A DNA stretch of 26,802 nucleotides from a virus (lineage: Duplodnaviria; Caudoviricetes): the IMG/VR virus record IMGVR_UViG_3300030397_000389, positions 1 through 26,802 of that record; one strand, written 5' to 3'. A model generated the notes under the pieces. The model did no database searches. It saw only the letters and a list, made by a program, of their open reading frames with translations, and was not told the origin of the DNA. The position numbers were made by a program, and so were the translations under genes. Every line of letters starts with the position of its first letter. Positions within the stretch are counted from its first letter, which is position 1. This document shows, in pieces, positions 23,437 through 26,802 of this stretch.

Positions 23437-25157
23437 TAGAAGTTCACCTCCTCAATCTTCAGTGCATCGCGTGTATTTTGCTCAATCCGCTCCAGCACCT
23501 GCAGCGTTTTTTTGGCGGCCTTAGCTACGTTTGCCTTCGCTTTATCCACAGTCCGCTGATCTAAGTTGAACGGCGCTGGCCCCGCCAGCTCTTCGGCAAT
23601 GCGTGCATTCCGGGCTGCAATTCCAGCACGAAACTCCTTTACCTCCGCTCTGACAACATTTGGATTGCCAAAGGGGAACCGCTGGGCAAGTTCTTTCGCG
23701 TGAAAGTTTGGGCCGCGACGGCTGGCGTTTGCAAATGCTTGGGCGGGGTTAAATGCAAACGGGAACCTACGCACGGACCTGTCCGGTTGTGCTGCCCTAT
23801 CAACAGCGTCAGCTGGGGGCGCGTTAAGAAATGCCTGCCCCGGACCAAACAGCTTGAACATCGGGTTGTCAGTCGCTTCATCCAGTTTGTCCAAACCTTT
23901 GCTAAGCAGCTTCAGGAATGGGCCCAGTCCCTTATGCGAAACAGACTGAAAACTAGCACTCAAACGGTTCATTGACTTCTCAAACTCGGGCACCGTCTTA
24001 TCCGCAATATCCTCCATCGTCCCCGTTGCGGTATTCAGGTCGCCGCGATAGTCCTTGATCGCCTTTGACATGCCCACAAGTGCTGCGATGTAACCGACAG
24101 ACTTATCCGTGAACCCCAGCGCCATCAACGTTGCCTTTCGCTGTGCAACCGACAGTGGCCCCAGTTTTGACTCCAGGTCGGCGACAATATCACTCATGGC
24201 GTGCATTTTTCCGTTAGCATCAAATACAGCAATGCCGGCACTCTTAAATGCACGCTCATTTCTAAGCGCCTTAGTCGTCAATTCGCGTAACACAATCGCC
24301 AATGCCGTTCCGCCATCAGCACCCTTAACTCCCTGGTCGGCGAACGCAGCCAGCACCGCAACGCCTTCCTCAATGCTCTTGTTTGTCTGCCTCAACGCAG
24401 CCCCAGCTTTGTTGGTAAGTGACTCCGAGAATTGCTGGACCGATGCGTTTGCAATTGTGTTTGCCTTAACAAGCACGTCGGCCACGCGGGTCATGTTTCG
24501 CATATTCTCAGCGGTGTCTTTGGACGTCAGACCCAGAGCTGATTGAGCGTCGGTTAACAAATCCGTTGCCAGTGCCAAATCAAAGTTGCCAGCTTGTGCG
24601 AACTTGGCAACCTTGGGAAGTGCAGCGATCTGTTGCGTGGCGTTCATCCCCGCGGATCCCAGGAAGAAATATGCCTCAGCAGCATCCTTGGTAGAGAAGG
24701 GCGTATCCTTAGCAACCTCCTTTGCGGTGCGGGTCATCTCATGGCGAATCTGTCCATTCATGTCGGCGATAATCGCGGTTGAGCGAGCCATTGCACTTTC
24801 AAAGTCACGTGTAGCCCGCAACGCCGCACCACCCACGCGGCTTACTAACGCCCCACCCACAATGGCCGAGCCGAACTTGCCCAACTCTGCTCCCAAGCTC
24901 GCTGCCGTAGTTTTTGTAGTCTTCATCTGGCCTGACAGCTGCTGATGAGCACGCCGATACGTGTGGACGTCAATTGCCCCCTTCTTGTAAAGAGCCCCTA
25001 GCGACTTTAACGAGGTCTCGAGTTTTTCCGCCGGCGTCTTGGTCTCGAACATGACCTTCTTGGCCAGGTTCAATTCCTTGCGACTGGCTACACTTCCGGA
25101 CACAAACTGCTTGTGGTCCATGACTAGCTTGTAAGCCAGTGTCTCAATAGCCATCAC
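23436..25157 (-). CDS. Tail tape measure protein (TP901-family core)
   Basis: FESAMAR, TPFSTKDAAEAYFFLGSAG, DLALATDLLTD, GVKGADGGTAL, FDANGKM motifs. Confidence 0.95.
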   Translation of the reverse strand: MMAIETLAYKLVMDHKQFVSGSVASRKELNLAKKVMFETKTPAEKLETSLKSLGALYKKGAIDVHTYRRAHQQLSGQMKTTKTTAASLGAELGKFGSAIVGGALVSRVGGAALRATRDFESAMARSTAIIADMNGQIRHEMTRTAKEVAKDTPFSTKDAAEAYFFLGSAGMNATQQIAALPKVAKFAQAGNFDLALATDLLTDAQSALGLTSKDTAENMRNMTRVADVLVKANTIANASVQQFSESLTNKAGAALRQTNKSIEEGVAVLAAFADQGVKGADGGTALAIVLRELTTKALRNERAFKSAGIAVFDANGKMHAMSDIVADLESKLGPLSVAQRKATLMALGFTDKSVGYIAALVGMSKAIKDYRGDLNTATGTMEDIADKTVPEFEKSMNRLSASFQSVSHKGLGPFLKLLSKGLDKLDEATDNPMFKLFGPGQAFLNAPPADAVDRAAQPDRSVRRFPFAFNPAQAFANASRRGPNFHAKELAQRFPFGNPNVVRAEVKEFRAGIAARNARIAEELAGPAPFNLDQRTVDKAKANVAKAAKKTLQVLERIEQNTRDALKIEEVNF

Positions 25158-25504
25158 ACACCCGTGATACTGCGGAGCATATTGAACTGATCATCAGCGG
25201 ATTGCACGTATACCTTCTGCTGCGGCTCCTCGCCGAATTCCGGCATGAAATCATCCGGCGTTTTCCAGTCGGACTCAGCAACCTCACCGCCAAGTCTCGA
25301 TGCGATTCGCAGGCTTGCGTTGTAGATGTCGCATCGTATGGCCGACACCATCTTCCACTGTCCGCCCCAGTCATCAAGCAATGCAAGTGCGTGAAAGAGC
25401 CGCAACTCATCGGGCGGCAGGTCGTCTATCTGGCTATCTGTCCAGCCAGTGCGAACCGCTAAGCGTTTTCGGAAGATTTCGTCGGGTCGTTTTCGGAGTT
25501 TTTT
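25154..25504 (-). CDS. Tail assembly chaperone T segment (gpGT, reached by -1 frameshift)
   Basis: Slippery A AAA AAC at 25498-25504; the -1 frame is open (KLRKRPDEIFRKRLAVRTGW...LRLFHAL) to 25154. Confidence 0.85.
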   Translation of the reverse strand, partial: KKLRKRPDEIFRKRLAVRTGWTDSQIDDLPPDELRLFHALALLDDWGGQWKMVSAIRCDIYNASLRIASRLGGEVAESDWKTPDDFMPEFGEEPQQKVYVQSADDQFNMLRSITGV

Positions 25505-25872
25505 ACCGCGTCCTCAATCAGCGTGAAATCGTTGTCGTCCGCGAATCCTGTATGCTTCTTGCACGCGTTGAACAGCGTCGTCACTACACCGCCGTCGATA
25601 CTGTCAAATACGCCGTTAAGTGCGTCGGCGTCGCTGAACATGGGCGTGGCGTCTGCGTTGAGTACGCACCGCGAAATCAGCAGCTCCTGCATTCGGTCGC
25701 CACGCTCGCGGATGAGTTCACCTTTGCGGTCCAGCAGTGACGTTCGTAGCTGCCGCATTTCCGTATTGGTCAACGACTGAATACGGATGTCGCCGATATC
25801 TAGCTTTACGATTTTGTAGCGTCGGCCGCTCGACTTGCTTAGCAGCTCTGACTTATCCAGCAGTGCCATCAT
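25459..25872 (-). CDS. Tail assembly chaperone (gpG-like)
   Basis: Between major tail and tape measure; ends ...DAVKNS at the slippery site. Confidence 0.85.
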   Translation of the reverse strand: MMALLDKSELLSKSSGRRYKIVKLDIGDIRIQSLTNTEMRQLRTSLLDRKGELIRERGDRMQELLISRCVLNADATPMFSDADALNGVFDSIDGGVVTTLFNACKKHTGFADDNDFTLIEDAVKNSENDPTKSSENA

Positions 25873-26180
25873 TCACCTGTGTAGATATTTGACGGTTCAT
25901 CAGGCGGCGGCGGTGGCTCAAATACCCGCAGCCCCTCTTCTCCACGCATCGATTCAATTTGGCTGACAATCGCGGCCTTTTGATCTTCGCTGAGCTTTCG
26001 GAACGTATGGATGCCGTTGAACGGCGAGCCCGGCTTCTTGCCGATATAGCCCATTTGAATTGGCTTGCCGGAAAACGGTGTGGATGCCATCACGACGTAT
26101 TGGTCGTGCTCAACCTCAGCCGGGCCGAGGGGAGTCATTTGAACACCGATGTGCGGTCGTAGCTCAACCGTGACTTGCAT
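25869..26180 (-). CDS. Hypothetical protein in the tail operon
   Basis: Coupled to both neighbours (TAATG, ATGA). Confidence 0.75.
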   Translation of the reverse strand: MQVTVELRPHIGVQMTPLGPAEVEHDQYVVMASTPFSGKPIQMGYIGKKPGSPFNGIHTFRKLSEDQKAAIVSQIESMRGEEGLRVFEPPPPPDEPSNIYTGE

Positions 26181-26587
26181 TAGGTCGCCGCTGTGTAGGT
26201 CGGTCCTGTGCCGCCATCAAATACCACGTCAACTTCACCAACCATCAGCTCACCAACAGCCATATCGGGGAACTTGCGGCGGGTGACGTAGGCCGTGCCG
26301 GCAATGTCCGCAGCACTCGAGCCACCGCTAATTAGCGGGTGAGTGACCGTTACCGTCTCGGCGGCAGCGAACGTTGGCAGCCCAGCTGTACCTAGAAACT
26401 GAATCCTCACCGTGAACGGCGCCTGCTCTTCCAGGTCCGTTGGGATTGACGTTTTCTGGCCAGTTGTGGCCAAGTGCGTTGTGTCGACTACGCCGCGGCT
26501 TTCTTCGTGGCCGGCAATACTGATCACAGAATACGATCCGCCTTGTGTGCCAAACGTGATTGTCCCGCCTGTTCCGACATCGGCCAT
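26180..26587 (-). CDS. Major tail (tube) protein
   Basis: GTGGTITFG, VDTTHL, PTDL..E motifs; position; GGGAG RBS. Confidence 0.8.
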   Translation of the reverse strand: MADVGTGGTITFGTQGGSYSVISIAGHEESRGVVDTTHLATTGQKTSIPTDLEEQAPFTVRIQFLGTAGLPTFAAAETVTVTHPLISGGSSAADIAGTAYVTRRKFPDMAVGELMVGEVDVVFDGGTGPTYTAAT

Positions 26588-26603
26588 GATTTATCTCCCC
26601 GCG

Positions 26604-26802
26604 TTAGCTTGTCGCCTCGGCGTGATGGATGTTGTAGATTCTCCGCGTCCAATACCGCGGCCTGTCGCTGGCGTGCCGCGGCGTGTCAAACCCTGTGTCT
26701 CTGTGTCCGCTTGCACTCACTGCACGGACTGCCGTTGACCCCATCGTGCCATCAAACCCTTGCAACGGTGCAAGCCTCACCACCTCGGCCAAATCGTTAG
26801 CT
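26604..26802 (-). CDS. Tail completion/terminator protein, 3' part (runs off the window)
   Basis: Frame open to the edge; LAEVVRLAPLQGFDGTMG pattern; upstream of the major tail gene. Confidence 0.6.
   Translation of the reverse strand, partial: ANDLAEVVRLAPLQGFDGTMGSTAVRAVSASGHRDTGFDTPRHASDRPRYWTRRIYNIHHAEATS

Larger units (their letters stand above)
1..26802. mobile_element. Temperate siphovirus-like phage genome segment (attP intact, so probably excised/free form); probable Planctomycetota host
   Basis: Integrase, tape measure, tail chaperones, RusA, DnaC-like and RecE-like genes in lambdoid order; no host housekeeping genes; attP flanked by phage genes on both sides. Host assignment is inference. 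Confidence 0.95.

Noticed and set aside
1-26802. Genome-wide TGA reassignment explaining the 2525 TGA
   Set aside because: Many genes end at TGA with ATGA coupling or tight packing (e.g. integrase 16284-16286, 8796, 10206), so TGA is normally a stop

Overview
The whole window is part of a temperate tailed (siphovirus-like) phage, most likely of a Planctomycetota host (inferred from protein style and gene content). It appears to be the free/excised form, because an intact attP sits mid-window (17759-18011: tandem arm repeats on both sides of a 7-bp core in the anticodon loop of a 5'-half tRNA-Ser(CGA)). Right of attP, on the minus strand, is the tail module: tail completion, major tail, G/GT chaperones with a -1 slippery site, tape measure, two tandem 141-aa paralogs, tail-tip proteins and a broken NUMOD4-HNH gene. 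On the plus strand are a repressor-like gene, a tyrosine integrase and a 3-gene moron. Leftward on the minus strand is the early operon: Cro-position gene, Xis-like HTH, Rad50-like ATPase, RecE-like nuclease, ParB/replication protein, DnaC-like loader, RusA, nuclease and a CsrA-like protein. After a terminator comes a secreted-protein module: PLA2-like, CxxCH protein, and a trypsin-collagen protease. Most notable: (1) the protease gene has an in-frame TGA in a CxxGx(U) motif followed by a bacterial SECIS-like hairpin, i.e. a candidate phage selenoprotein; (2) the lysis/lysogeny switch is a divergent pair of paralogous Zn-finger proteins rather than HTH CI/Cro; (3) a phage CsrA-like gene coexists with a CsrB-like GGA-hairpin array fused to a terminator. 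Family names are from recognised motifs only; no searches were run.
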